Origin: Octopus vulgaris
Taxonomy: Eukaryota
Length of the DNA stretch: 64,000 bases
Assembly (NCBI GenBank): GCA_951406725.2
Contig: OX597830.1
Coordinates: 79,112,001 to 79,176,000 of the forward strand
Direction: 5' to 3'
The notes under the pieces are model-generated. The model was not told where the DNA came from. It made no database searches and saw nothing but the letters and a program-made list of their open reading frames with translations. Positions 52,999 to 64,000 of this stretch are shown here, piece by piece (positions within the stretch are counted from its first letter, which is position 1; every line of letters begins with the position of its first letter). A program made the position numbers and the translations under genes.

Positions 52999-54448
52999 TC
53001 TGAGACGCCGGCATGGGAAGCCTTTATCTCATTATTGGACTTGCTAAAAAATTTTCAAAATTTCCAAAATTACCAAAATTTCCTCAAAAATACATATCGA
53101 TTTTAAAATAGGAAGGATATGTTGAACAATGCAGTCTTAAACTTACAAAAAAATTAATGGGATAAACAGGGCCTAGAAATAAATACTAACCAAAACTCCC
53201 ACAAAAAAAAAAATAATTAAAAAGCCCTTCCCTAGCCATAGTCTCATGAGGCCAGGTTCCCCTTTTTTGGGCATACATTAGTAATTCCGCCACTGGTGCT
53301 AGAAGCCTTTCGTCTGCTACTGATATGCTTCTGTGCGTTTTAGCTCTGTACGTCCTGCACGGGAAGCTTTTTCATGTAGAATAAGTAGCAGTTCTGTGGC
53401 CTTCTACAGCACATCCACGTTAAGATATACAGAATGTTATTTTAAATATTAAGGTTATTTAATGATATAATGAGTCATAAAATAATTTAGTCACGAGGAA
53501 CTAAATTATTCTATAACCAGTTACAAAATATTGCACCATCTATTCTGAGGTTGTACAACACACCCCATAGTTAAACCATTTTCTGATATAACTGACAAAC
53601 AGCAGGACATTGGAAACGTGACGAAAATATTAATTGAAGGATGAACAACATTACATCAGCACACATTCGTTGTATTCTGTTATTCTTGCAGTATTTTCAT
53701 TCCAATTAATTGGAATGAAAATTACTGCCGTACTTGTTTTATTTTTAAGCCTAGTACTTATTCTAACGGATATCTGTTGCCGAACCGCTAAGTTACAGGA
53801 AAATGTTGTTGACAAATTACGGCAGATATTGTATTCACCTCAATAGACGTCATTGATTGGTTGAAATTGTCGAAATGCAAGAAATTTAACGACAAATAGC
53901 TTACAAACTACAGAATTTTCTCAAGAAAGCCAAGAGAAAAAGATGTTTTATGTAACACATTCTACCAGTATACGAAGTTTAAGAGTGTTTAGTTACAAAG
54001 AAATTGTTTTAAAAATCTGCCGGTCAAAATGAAAAGACCCCTGCTCTTGAATCACACTCTCCCGTTTAAAAAAAAATAGACAAGATGGTCATAGTTGGAA
54101 CGCTCTTGAGCATACGTGTGTCTGGACTGGCCTCATCTAGAGCTAAACAATAACAACAACGTTTAAAACCGCAGCTGAGACCACTCTGTTGTAAGCACAC
54201 GGGGCCAGGTTTCCGGTTTGAGGCTACCTTCCTCCCACTTGTATTGGAGGCCTTGTATAAAGGTCGTGGGCGCTTTGCACATGTGAAATGTTGTACAAGC
54301 TGCTACTGAGACAAGTGACGAAATAAAGTGGGAGGAGACTGTAGCAAGGATAGAAGGAGGAGGAGGTGGAGGAGGAGGAAGCAAGAGTATAAGAAGAGGC
54401 GGAGATACAGAAGGAAAACAAACACGAAAGTGAAGTGGGGGGAAAAGG

Positions 54449-55102
54449 GGAGGCAAGAGAGGAAAGGTAAAAGAGGAAGCAGGAGAAAGAGACGGAGGGA
54501 GGAAATGAGAAAGACAGATACGAAAGAGAGAGGAGAGGTGGGTGATGTCGAAAGAGGAGGCAAGAGAGAAAAGGTAAAAGAGGAAGCAGGAGAGAGGGAG
54601 GGAGGGAGGGAGGGAGGGAGGAAAATGAGACAGACAGATACGAAAGAGAGAGGAGAGGTTGGTGAAGTAGGGGAAAGAGAAGGCAAGAGAGAAAAGGTAA
54701 AAGAGGAAGCAGGAGAGACGGAGGGAGGGAGGAAAATGAGACAGACAGATACGAAAGAGAGAGGAGAGGTTGGTGAAGTAGGGGAAAGAGAAGGCAAGAG
54801 AGAAAAGGTAAAAGATGAAACAGGAGAAAGAGAGGGAGGGAGAAAATGAGACAGACAGATACGAAAGAGGGAGGAGAGGTTGGTGAAGTAGGGGAAAGAG
54901 AAGGCAAGAGAGAAAAGGTAAAAGAGGAAGCAGGAGAGAGGGAGGGAGGGAGGAAAATGAGACAGACAGATACGAAAGAGAGAGGAGAGGTGAGTGATGT
55001 CGAAAGAGGAGGCAAGAGAGAAAAGGTAAAAGAGGAAGCAGGAGAGAGGGAGGGAGGAAAATGAGACTGACAGATACGAAAGAGAGAGGAGAGGTTGGTG
55101 AT
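54449..55102. repeat. Purine-rich ~110-bp minisatellite, 6 units
   Basis: GGCAAGAGAG starts at 54452, 54559, 54683, 54793, 54903, 55011. Confidence 0.95.
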
Positions 55103-55332
55103 GTCGGTGATGTGGAAAGAAAAAAGACGAAGAATGAGGAAGAAGAGAGAAGAAGAACAACGACAAAAACGACAACAACAACATCTGGAAGAAATGTGAC
55201 CTTAACGAAATGAACTGACGTCTTCACCCTTGCTTGCTGCTGTTGTTTAACCCCAAGTCAGCCCCCAACTGAGTAAATCTATGATCCAAAAGATATTCTT
55301 GATATGACCATCCCATCTTGTCAATTCTTCAT

Positions 55333-55765
55333 TCTCTTTTACTCTTTTACTTGTTTCAGTCATTTGACTGCGGCCATGCTGGAGCACCGCCCTTTTTGCC
55401 GAGCAAATCGACTTCCCAGGACTTATTCTTTGTAAGCTTAGTACTTATTCTATGCCGAACCGCTATGTTACGGGGACGTAAACACACCAGCATCGGTGGT
55501 CAACCGATGCTGGAGGGACAAACACATACATACATACATACATACATACATACATTCATACATACATACATACATACATACATACATACATACATACATA
55601 CATACATACATACGACGGGCTTTTTTTTTCAGTTTCCGTCTACCAAATCCACTCACAAGGTTTTGGTTGGCCCGAGGCTATAGTAGAAGACACATGTCCA
55701 AGGTGCCACGCAGTGGGACTGAACCCGGAACATTGTGGTTCGTAAGCAAACTGCTTACCACACGC
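55333..55765 (-). mobile_element. CORE-SINE family B
   Basis: Full structure on the minus strand. Confidence 0.85.
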
Positions 55766-56059
55766 TTGTTTTTTTTTGTTTTGTTTTCCTTTTTTTTTTT
55801 CAACATAGGCGCAGGCGTGGCTATATGGTAATAAGTTCGCTTCCCGATCACATGCAGTCCCACTGCATAGCACCTTCGGCAAGTGTCTTAGCTCCGGGCC
55901 AACCAAATATATACGTATGGGATCTTTTCAATCTCAATCACTGAAAAGATCCTACGTATGTGTGTTTGCGGGTGTGACTGTACCCTGAGACCGCTTGATA
56001 ACTGGTCAGCAAAGAAGACTAATAGAATATGTACCAGGCTTAAAAATTAATCTTGGGGT

Positions 56060-56492
56060 CGATTTGTTAGGGTGTGCTGTTTCTGACATGTTGAGCGACC
56101 ACGTAGAGGCTCCTTCATGCTTTTGTTAGTATTCTTGTTGTTCTCGTTGCTGTTGCTGCTGTTGAGCGAACGGTCTTCGTTCCAGAACTCGCAAGATGGA
56201 AAAAGTCCGAAACGTGGTCCTTTGCTATTCGTAAGACCCGCAGAAGAGAAAGCAGGTCAACCCCCGACACCGAGAGCATCGACGGATGGATGAATGCGCA
56301 TCCAGGCTCAACGGTTGCGTAGGAAGTCGGGGATAAGAAACAGGAGAAAAGAGTGAGAGAAACTTGGGGCGAAAGAGTACAACAGGGGTGTCTTCGCTCA
56401 ATAAACACATACAACGCCCGGTCTGGGAATCGAAACCGCGATCCTCCGACCGCGAGTCCGCTGCCCTAACCACTGGGCTATTGCGCCCCCAC
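56060..56492 (-). mobile_element. tRNA-derived SINE family D, longer copy
   Basis: Head nearly identical to 1490-1587. Confidence 0.75.
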
Positions 56493-56829
56493 TGCTGTTG
56501 CTGCTGTTGTTGTAGTGGTTGTTCTTATTATTTAGCTGCAGGTCAACCATCAACGAAAAGACCTACCATTTGAAGCACTCAAGCCGTGGCCATCACGTCC
56601 TTTTCCCCTATATACAGAAGGTGATGACAAAAGGTGATTTGAAGTAGATTTTAGCTGTTCTTTCGGACTTGCCGAAAGATCAGGCAAAAGCTTCTTGTTA
56701 TTTATCATTGGCATAGATATGTAATGTTGGGGTAACACCGAAGGGAAGATGGGACAAAGGAAGAGACACAAAGAGAAAGCGAGAGAGAAACAGACAGCTA
56801 GACAGACAGAGATTGACAAATAGAAAGAT

Positions 56830-57400
56830 AGGGCAAGTTGAACGTTTTAAATTTGATTCTGCAAGATGCGAACGAAAATATCTTTACAATTACATGAAGA
56901 TTAAAGACTTTCACCGACAAGTTAGAACTGTGAATAAGGAAAGTTAAAAACTTGCAGCTGGGTTGCTTCCCAGGCGTAGAGGCTTTTTCCAAACAAATTT
57001 AAGATTTTGTCAGAAGACAGTATCATTTTCTAGGTATTTTCCATCACTTGATTATCAAATGTATGAGTGGGTCACCCATCAATCCTTTCGCAAGATACGA
57101 CAGTATACACCTGCCATTAACATTAACAGAAGAAAATTTAATAGACTTCACAAACGATCCTGTGCTCAAAGCCTCATTTTTTGTGCTAGAGTTTTGGATT
57201 TCGCTTTGGAGCCAATATCTTCGTAGAGCTACTACAGCCGTTAAATCTCTGTGACCTTTTTGGATCATCGTATCTTTGTGAATTAGATATCTAATGGAAA
57301 TGAAGCAAAAAAAGAAAACGGGAATAATTATAAGTGGTAGATGAGGAGTTACGCATTTGTTTAATTTAGAGCCGTGTTTTTGATAAAATTCTTTCTCAAA
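56830..57400 (+). pseudogene. hAT (Charlie/Buster-type) transposase C-terminal fossil
   Basis: KLNVLNLILQDANENIF..FTDKLEL; EENLIDFTND.VLK..F; EFWISL; PFGSSYLCE; DEELRICL; contains stops. Confidence 0.75.
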
Positions 57401-57442
57401 ATCAACTGCATCCTTCTTACCAAGAACATTATTATTATTGTA

Positions 57443-57762
57443 CTAGCTGACCACCTGCCGTCAATAATGACGGCTAATTATAGTATTTTATAATTAAATA
57501 ACGTATAAAATAAGGTACTTAATAATCACACATACAAACATTCACATACTTTCCTTATACAGGCACACACATATACTCATACAGAGTTGAAACGCTGATT
57601 TTTTTTCACCTACACACACACACACAAACACACACACACATACACACACACATATATATATACATATATATACACACACACATATATAATATATATATAT
57701 GTGTATGTATATATATACATACACCAAATATATAAAACTACACTCATTATTATATTAGGAGA
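57443..57762 (-). mobile_element. Non-autonomous Helitron-like element
   Basis: A|TC 5' end, hairpin GCCGTCA ttat TGACGGC, CTAG|T 3' end. Confidence 0.75.
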
Positions 57763-58181
57763 TATATATATATATGTTCATAAAACAATGTTATTTTATT
57801 GTTGCTATAATAAGAATTTATTTATTTTTATTCATACTAATAAAGTGTATTCAATTTTGCTGGGATTTTTATTTGGTGTGCTGCAAAATAAATTCTCGCC
57901 CAGTGTGTCGTAAGGTAAAAAAAATGTTTGTCAGACACTGCTCTAGGACAATCGTTTGCCAAGTGCTTAGTGCTGGCTGGTACTGTACTGAGATCAATGT
58001 AATCACGTAGAAGCCCTCTCTCGGTAAAGTCTGTGTGCCCTATACTGAGGTTAACATGCAGTTTACTTTCGAAAACAAAAAAAAAAAAAATCGTTGAAAA
58101 TAAATTGTCTTATGAAGATAAAAGTAAATTGCGATAGGAACAGGAAGTGACGACAGTGACATAACAAAATTTCATTAAAAC

Positions 58182-58439
58182 ACGTTCGATATACGACGGG
58201 CTTCTTTCAGTTTCCGTCTACCAAATCCACTCACAAGGCTTTGATCGGCCCGAGGCTATAGGAGAACACACTTGCCCAAGGTGCCACTAAGTAGCTTGCT
58301 TAACAACCACATGGTTCCGGGTTCAGTCCCACTGCGTGGCACCTTGGGCAAGTGTATTCTCCTATAGCCTCGGGCCGATCAAAGCCTTGTGAGTGGATTT
58401 GGTAGACGGAAACTGAAAGAAGCCCGTCGTATATCGAAC

Positions 58440-58441
<2 letters not shown>
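58182..58441. repeat. 106-bp-arm inverted repeat derived from a family B SINE head
   Basis: 58182-58287 is the reverse complement of 58336-58441 with about one mismatch. Confidence 0.92.
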
Positions 58442-58509
<68 letters not shown>

Positions 58510-58949
58510 CACATACATACGACGGACTTCTTTCAGTTTCCGTCTACTAAATCCACTCACAAGGCTTTGGTTGGCTGGAGGCTGCAGCAAAAGACACTTG
58601 CCCAAAGTGCCATGCAGTGGGACTGAACGCGGAACCATGTAGTTGGTAAGCAAGCTACTTACCACACAGCCACTCCTGCCCCTACAATACACAAAATAGT
58701 TTTTTCTTTTAATTTTTCATACAATTTCTTATTATATATAAGGATAAAAATATGACAGGATTTTTTTAAATGTCGAACGGCTATAAGGGTCCACCCGAGT
58801 AAAAAAAAAAAAAAAGGAATGGCTGAGAACCACTGATCTAAAAACACTGACAACAACTGTATACGAACTTAGACGACTATTTGAAACTAGTGATGATTTG
58901 TTTACATATCTTCATGAGCATTTGTGGCTAAACAAAGGCAAGACTTCTT

Positions 58950-59410
58950 TTTTAATCGACCCCGAAAGGATAAAAGGCTAAGTCGACCTCGGCGGAATTT
59001 GAACTCAGAACGTAACGGCAGACGAAATACCTATTTCTTTACTACCCACAAGGGGCTAAACACAGAGAGGACAAACATAGGGATTAAGTCGATTATATCG
59101 ACCCCAGTGCGTAGCTGGTACTTAATTTATCGACCCCGAAAGGATGAAAGGCAAAATCGGCCTCGGCGGAATTTGAACTCACAACGTGGAGATGGACGAT
59201 ATATATATTTCTTTACTACCCACAAGGAGCTAAACATAGAGGGGACAAACAAGGACAGACATAGGGATTAAGTCGATTATATCGACCCTAGTGGGTAACT
59301 GGTACTTATTTAATCGAGCCCGAAAGGATGAAAGGCAACGTCGACCTCGGCGGAATTTGAACTCAGAACGTAACGACAGACGAAATACCGCTAAGCATTT
59401 CGCCCGGCGC
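58950..59410 (-). mobile_element. Family A SINE trimer
   Basis: Units joined at GACGAAATAC|CTATTTCTTTACTACC. Confidence 0.85.
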
Positions 59411-59849
59411 CATTTCAGGTCATTTCATGTCCGTCGATATTAATATAGTTAATATAGGTAACGAATAAAAAAACTGAAACTTTGGTTAAATAGCAATAGT
59501 CGGCCAGAGCCATCTCAATAACACAAATAGTATCTCCTTACTATGCTATACTTATTTTATAGATACTAGGAGAGGGATCAGTGTTAATAGGGTGGGGTTT
59601 GATTTCACCATAACGATGATGATGATGATGATGGCAGTGATGGTGGTGATGATGGTGATGAGGAGGATGATGATTATCACTACGATAACAGTGGCGATGA
59701 TGTGGATGGGACGACGAGGCGAGGAGGATGAAGATGAAGAAATTGACGACGGCGAATATGATGGTGGTGGTCGTAGATGATGAGGAGAAGGATAAGGATG
59801 ATCATGACAACGACGATGACGACGATGATGACAGCGACAGCAATGGTGA

Positions 59850-60310
59850 CGGTGGTGGTGGTGGTGGTGGTGGTAGCCGTGGTGGTGGTGGTAGTGGTAG
59901 CCGTGGTGGTGGTGGTGGTGGTGGCAATTTGGTGGCGGCGGCGGCGGCGGCGGTGGTGGTGGTGGTGGTGTTTGAGGCAATGTGGCGGCGGCGGCGGCGG
60001 CGGTGGTGGTGGTGGTGGTGGTTGAGGCAATGTGGTGGCGGCGGCGGCGGCGGCGGTGGTGGCGGAGGCAAAGTGGTGGCGGCGGCGGCGGTGGCGGAGG
60101 CAAAGTGGTGGCAGCGGCGGTGGTGGTGGTGGAGGCAAAGTGGCAGCGGCGGTGGTGGTGGTGGAGGCAAAGTGGTGGCGGCGGTGGTGGTGGAGGCAAA
60201 GTGGTGGCGGCGGCGGCGGTGGTGGTAGTGGTGGAGGTAATATGGTGGCGGTAGCGGTGGTGGAGGTGGTGGTGATGGTGTCGGCAATGTGGTGGCGGCG
60301 GCGGTGGTGA
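59850..60310. repeat. (GGT/GGC)n tract punctuated by GAGGCAA(A/T)GT
   Basis: Direct reading. Confidence 0.9.
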
Positions 60311-60840
60311 TGGTTCTCCTTGTGGTAGTGATGACGATGACGTCGACGATGACGACGTCGGTGAAGGTAGTGATGAGGAGGTGGAGTCAGGGGAGGTGAA
60401 TGACACCGATGACGATGGTGATGACAATGATGATGATTATGATGATGATGATGATTGTGTTATCGTATAATTGACATGATTTAAAACTTCTGAGTTTTTG
60501 GTGTACATGCTTTTGCCAATGAAATAGGAACAATGTGTGTACGTGCGTGACAACATCACCGGTTTAAAAAAAAAAAAGCGTGTTGTGACTTAGTCGTTCA
60601 TTTATTCAATAAAACAGAGATCGATAAGTAAGTAAATAAAGAAGAAGAAAGAAAAAACCCGGATCGATATGATCAATTAAAAGTCCTTATATGCAGTGCT
60701 ACTGCATGGCCGCAGTTCAGCGGCTGAAAACAAGAAGAAAAAAAGGAAAATGAAAAGAGAAATCGAGAAACAGCTATATAGACAGACAGACAGACAGACA
60801 GATAGACAGATAGATAAACAGTAATAAATTGACACAGACG

Positions 60841-60910
<70 letters not shown>

Positions 60911-60961
60911 TAGATAGATAGATAGATAGATAGATGGATAGATAAACAATAATAAATTGAC

Positions 60962-61061
<100 letters not shown>

Positions 61062-61113
61062 TGGGACATGCGTGTGTATGTGTGTAGGTGTGTATAAAAA
61101 CAAGGATACTTAC

Positions 61114-61167
61114 ATCGCGAGGTTTGCCGTCGTTTGAAGAATTCGTGGGTAAGTTTCCCGATTCCAT
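61114..61167 (-). CDS. Candidate first coding exon, 18 aa MESGNLPTNSSNDGKPRD
   Basis: caaggATGG context, ends in frame at GAT|GTAAGT; non-repetitive CpG-retaining upstream region with TCAGTC Inr-like motif at 61399-61404. Confidence 0.4.
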
Positions 61168-61839
61168 CCTTGGTACTCCACCATATATCTATATTTATGT
61201 ATATATATATTCATATACAATTCAAAACATACATGTGTTTACATGTGAAGCACAACAAAATCTACGGACGTCGCTGTGTTTTGATCTTCAGAAATTAAAA
61301 CGTCTGCGCTTGATTCGCGTTGTTTTGGGAGAATTCTATCTTTTCTTTTCTCTTTTTCCGAAAGGACTTACATAGTTTATATATGTTATGTCCGTGACGA
61401 CTGAGTGTGAACTGCGAAGTGAGCGTGTGAATAAAGAAGTGTGGGAGTCTGTTAAATAAGGGAAGTGTGTGTGTGTGTGTGTGTGAAGGACCGACGAGCG
61501 AGTGAAAGGATAAGTGTGAGTGAGTGAGTGAGAAGGGAAACGTGAGTGTTACTTTCATAACACGCCGACTGTCACTAGTATAAACAAACCATTCTGGTGC
61601 CACACGTTTGTAGACATATATATATTCATATACTGTGTTGTGTGTGTGTGTCTTTGATTTGCGTAGAACAGAACGAGGCTGACAGTGTCCATTCAGCCGA
61701 GAGAGAAGTTTGGCAAAGCGGGATTTGGGGCATCTACGATGTTTGTATTATAGAGTTCTTCGTATTTCTTCTTATCTTCTGTGTTATAGATACAGCTTGC
61801 ATCAGATTTATACACACACACACAGACACACACACACAT

Positions 61840-61872
<33 letters not shown>

Positions 61873-61958
61873 CACGCACACACATGCATACATATATACA
61901 TATATGTATATGTGTGTGTGTGAGTGTATATATATATATATATTTATGTGTATGTATA

Positions 61959-61984
61959 TCTTTATATATATATAAAACTGAGAA

Positions 61985-62023
<39 letters not shown>

Positions 62024-62843
62024 GTGTTTCCCTAAAACTTGAGAACTACATGACCAATTTCATTCAAATTTTACACATGCCTTACTTAGGGTCCAGGGAG
62101 TGTCATCGGCAAAAAAATTTAACTTTTTGCCTAGGGCGAGCCCACAGCAATATCATATCTTCTCCACTACAATTCCCTAAAACTTGAGAACTACACAACC
62201 AATTCCATTCAAATTTTACACATGCCTTATTTTCATGGCATGTAGTTTCATGGGCAAAAAAATGTTCAACTTCTTGCCTAGAGCGAGCCCATAGCAATAT
62301 CATATCTTCTCCACTATTTCAGTATTACGTGTTAAAAGTGAAACAAAAATATTTCTCTATTTTATGTCAGATGCTTTCACCTTAACAATAAAAATAATAA
62401 TAACAATTGAATTATATGTAGTAAGTAATAATTAAAATCAAACTAAAGTATAGTATAATCGTAACATACAAAAGTAAAAATAGCAATTGGTATAAAATGA
62501 TTTGAACTTGAATAAGTGGTTTCACATGAATGGGAATAAATTAAAAATAAAATTAGCGTGCAGAAATGGAATAGTACAGATGGATAATAAAAAAATTAAA
62601 TTAAAGAAAAGACTATTGTCTATAAAGTATACAATATAGAGAAAAAAGAAGAGCTAACAATTCCAGTCTGTTATATATTTTGAGTATTGTTATCACTAGC
62701 GATATCAAGATATAACTTTGTATTTTGCATTTTATGTGTAGATGTATATATATATAGATGTACATGTAATATGTACAGATATATATGCACATATATACAT
62801 GCACTAGCACTATGACCCGGCAACGACGGGTCTTTAATGCTAC
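61959..62843 (+). mobile_element. Non-autonomous Helitron-like element with internal 145-bp tandem duplication
   Basis: A|TCTTTATATATATAAAA start, (GTCT)n, duplication 62028-62170/62173-62317, 3' hairpin GACCCG gcaacga CGGGTC then CTAC|T. Confidence 0.62.
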
Positions 62844-62901
62844 TATATACATATATATATATATATATTTATACTCGCACACATATATACATACATGTAT
62901 A

Positions 62902-63066
<165 letters not shown>

Positions 63067-63439
63067 CATTGCTGGAAATCAAATTAAATAAAGAGAAAAA
63101 AAATTCAGACAGTAACAAAGTCGGAGCATCGTCTCTGCACGTGTAAGAGAGGGGGAGAGAGAGAGCGTGCGGGCACAGTGTATGTACACAAACACACATA
63201 CACACTCGCCACCATACATGCATGCATACATACATACATACATACATACAAACATACATACATACATACATACATTCATACATACATACATACATACATA
63301 CAAACATACATACACACATACATACATACATACATACATACATACACACACACGCACGTATATATATACACATACATACACAAACATACACACTTACATA
63401 CAGCGCATCATACTTCACACTCTACATCTCCTTCTCCTC

Positions 63440-63478
<39 letters not shown>

Positions 63479-63739
63479 CCTATTTATCAACATGTCTATC
63501 TCTATGTATGTATGTATTTATATATATATATTTTTTTCTTTTATTTGTTTCAGTCATATGACTGCGGCCATGCTGGAGCAAACCGATCCCAGGACTTATT
63601 CTTTGGAAGCCTAATACTTATTCTACCGACCTCTGTTGCCGAACCGCTAAGTGAGGGGGACGTAAACACACCAGCATCGATTGTCAAGCGATGTTGGGGG
63701 AACAAACACAGGCACACAAACATATACATACATACATGC

Positions 63740-63819
<80 letters not shown>

Positions 63820-63921
63820 ATAAGAACGGTAAGAAAACAAAAGAAAGAAAGAGACCTCGATATTATGTAAATAGAGGAATTTATCTGTAAATGTAATATA
63901 TGACAGTTATTCGGTAGCCAT

Positions 63922-63982
63922 GATAAAACTCCGAGTTTCAGATGCCGAAGTGGAAATCCACTCTGCCATCTCTTCAGTTATC
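63922..63982 (-). ncRNA. Type I hammerhead ribozyme motif at an inversion centre (Penelope-like pLTR)
   Basis: Minus strand GATAA-CTGAAGA-GATG..AGTGG attt CCACT..CATC-T-GAAA-CTC g GAG-TT-TTATC. Confidence 0.6.
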
Positions 63983-64000
63983 CGATGGCCGGATAACTGA

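Noticed and set aside
54163-55227. 354-aa and charged repeat ORFs
   Set aside because: Arise from the purine-rich minisatellite; frame not preserved between units
59552-60427. Pro/His/Thr-rich ORFs
   Set aside because: Trinucleotide repeat open in most frames; no splice signals or domain
61384-61562. Solo LTR (TGTTATG...CATAACA with AATAAA)
   Set aside because: No target-site duplication, PBS or PPT; a 7-bp inverted match can be chance

Overview
Eukaryotic, AT-rich, very repeat-dense DNA. The SINE families and microsatellite load suggest a coleoid cephalopod, probably Octopus (inference). No complete host gene is recognisable, and most long ORFs in the track are microsatellite artefacts. 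The window holds many SINE copies (a Meta-like family A, a CORE family B, an RTE-related family C and a fourth tRNA-headed family D). It also holds fragments of HERO, RTE, CR1, Dong/R4 and L1/Tx1 LINEs, Gypsy gag-pol and integrase, mariner, Tc1 and hAT fossils, piggyBac-type MITEs and non-autonomous Helitrons. The most striking object is a non-coding 361-bp unit at 27634-28699, arranged as a tandem plus an inverted copy. Each copy carries a minimal type I hammerhead ribozyme with a U3-A8 compensated core, suggesting a Penelope-pLTR or retrozyme-like self-cleaving, possibly circular-RNA element. Other unrelated hammerhead motifs lie at 4055, 5604 and 63922, and a rearranged hammerhead-like motif sits in a HERO 3' UTR. 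Two candidate first coding exons lie on the minus strand. All calls were made by eye; coordinates are exact for quoted motifs and approximate for degenerate repeat edges.
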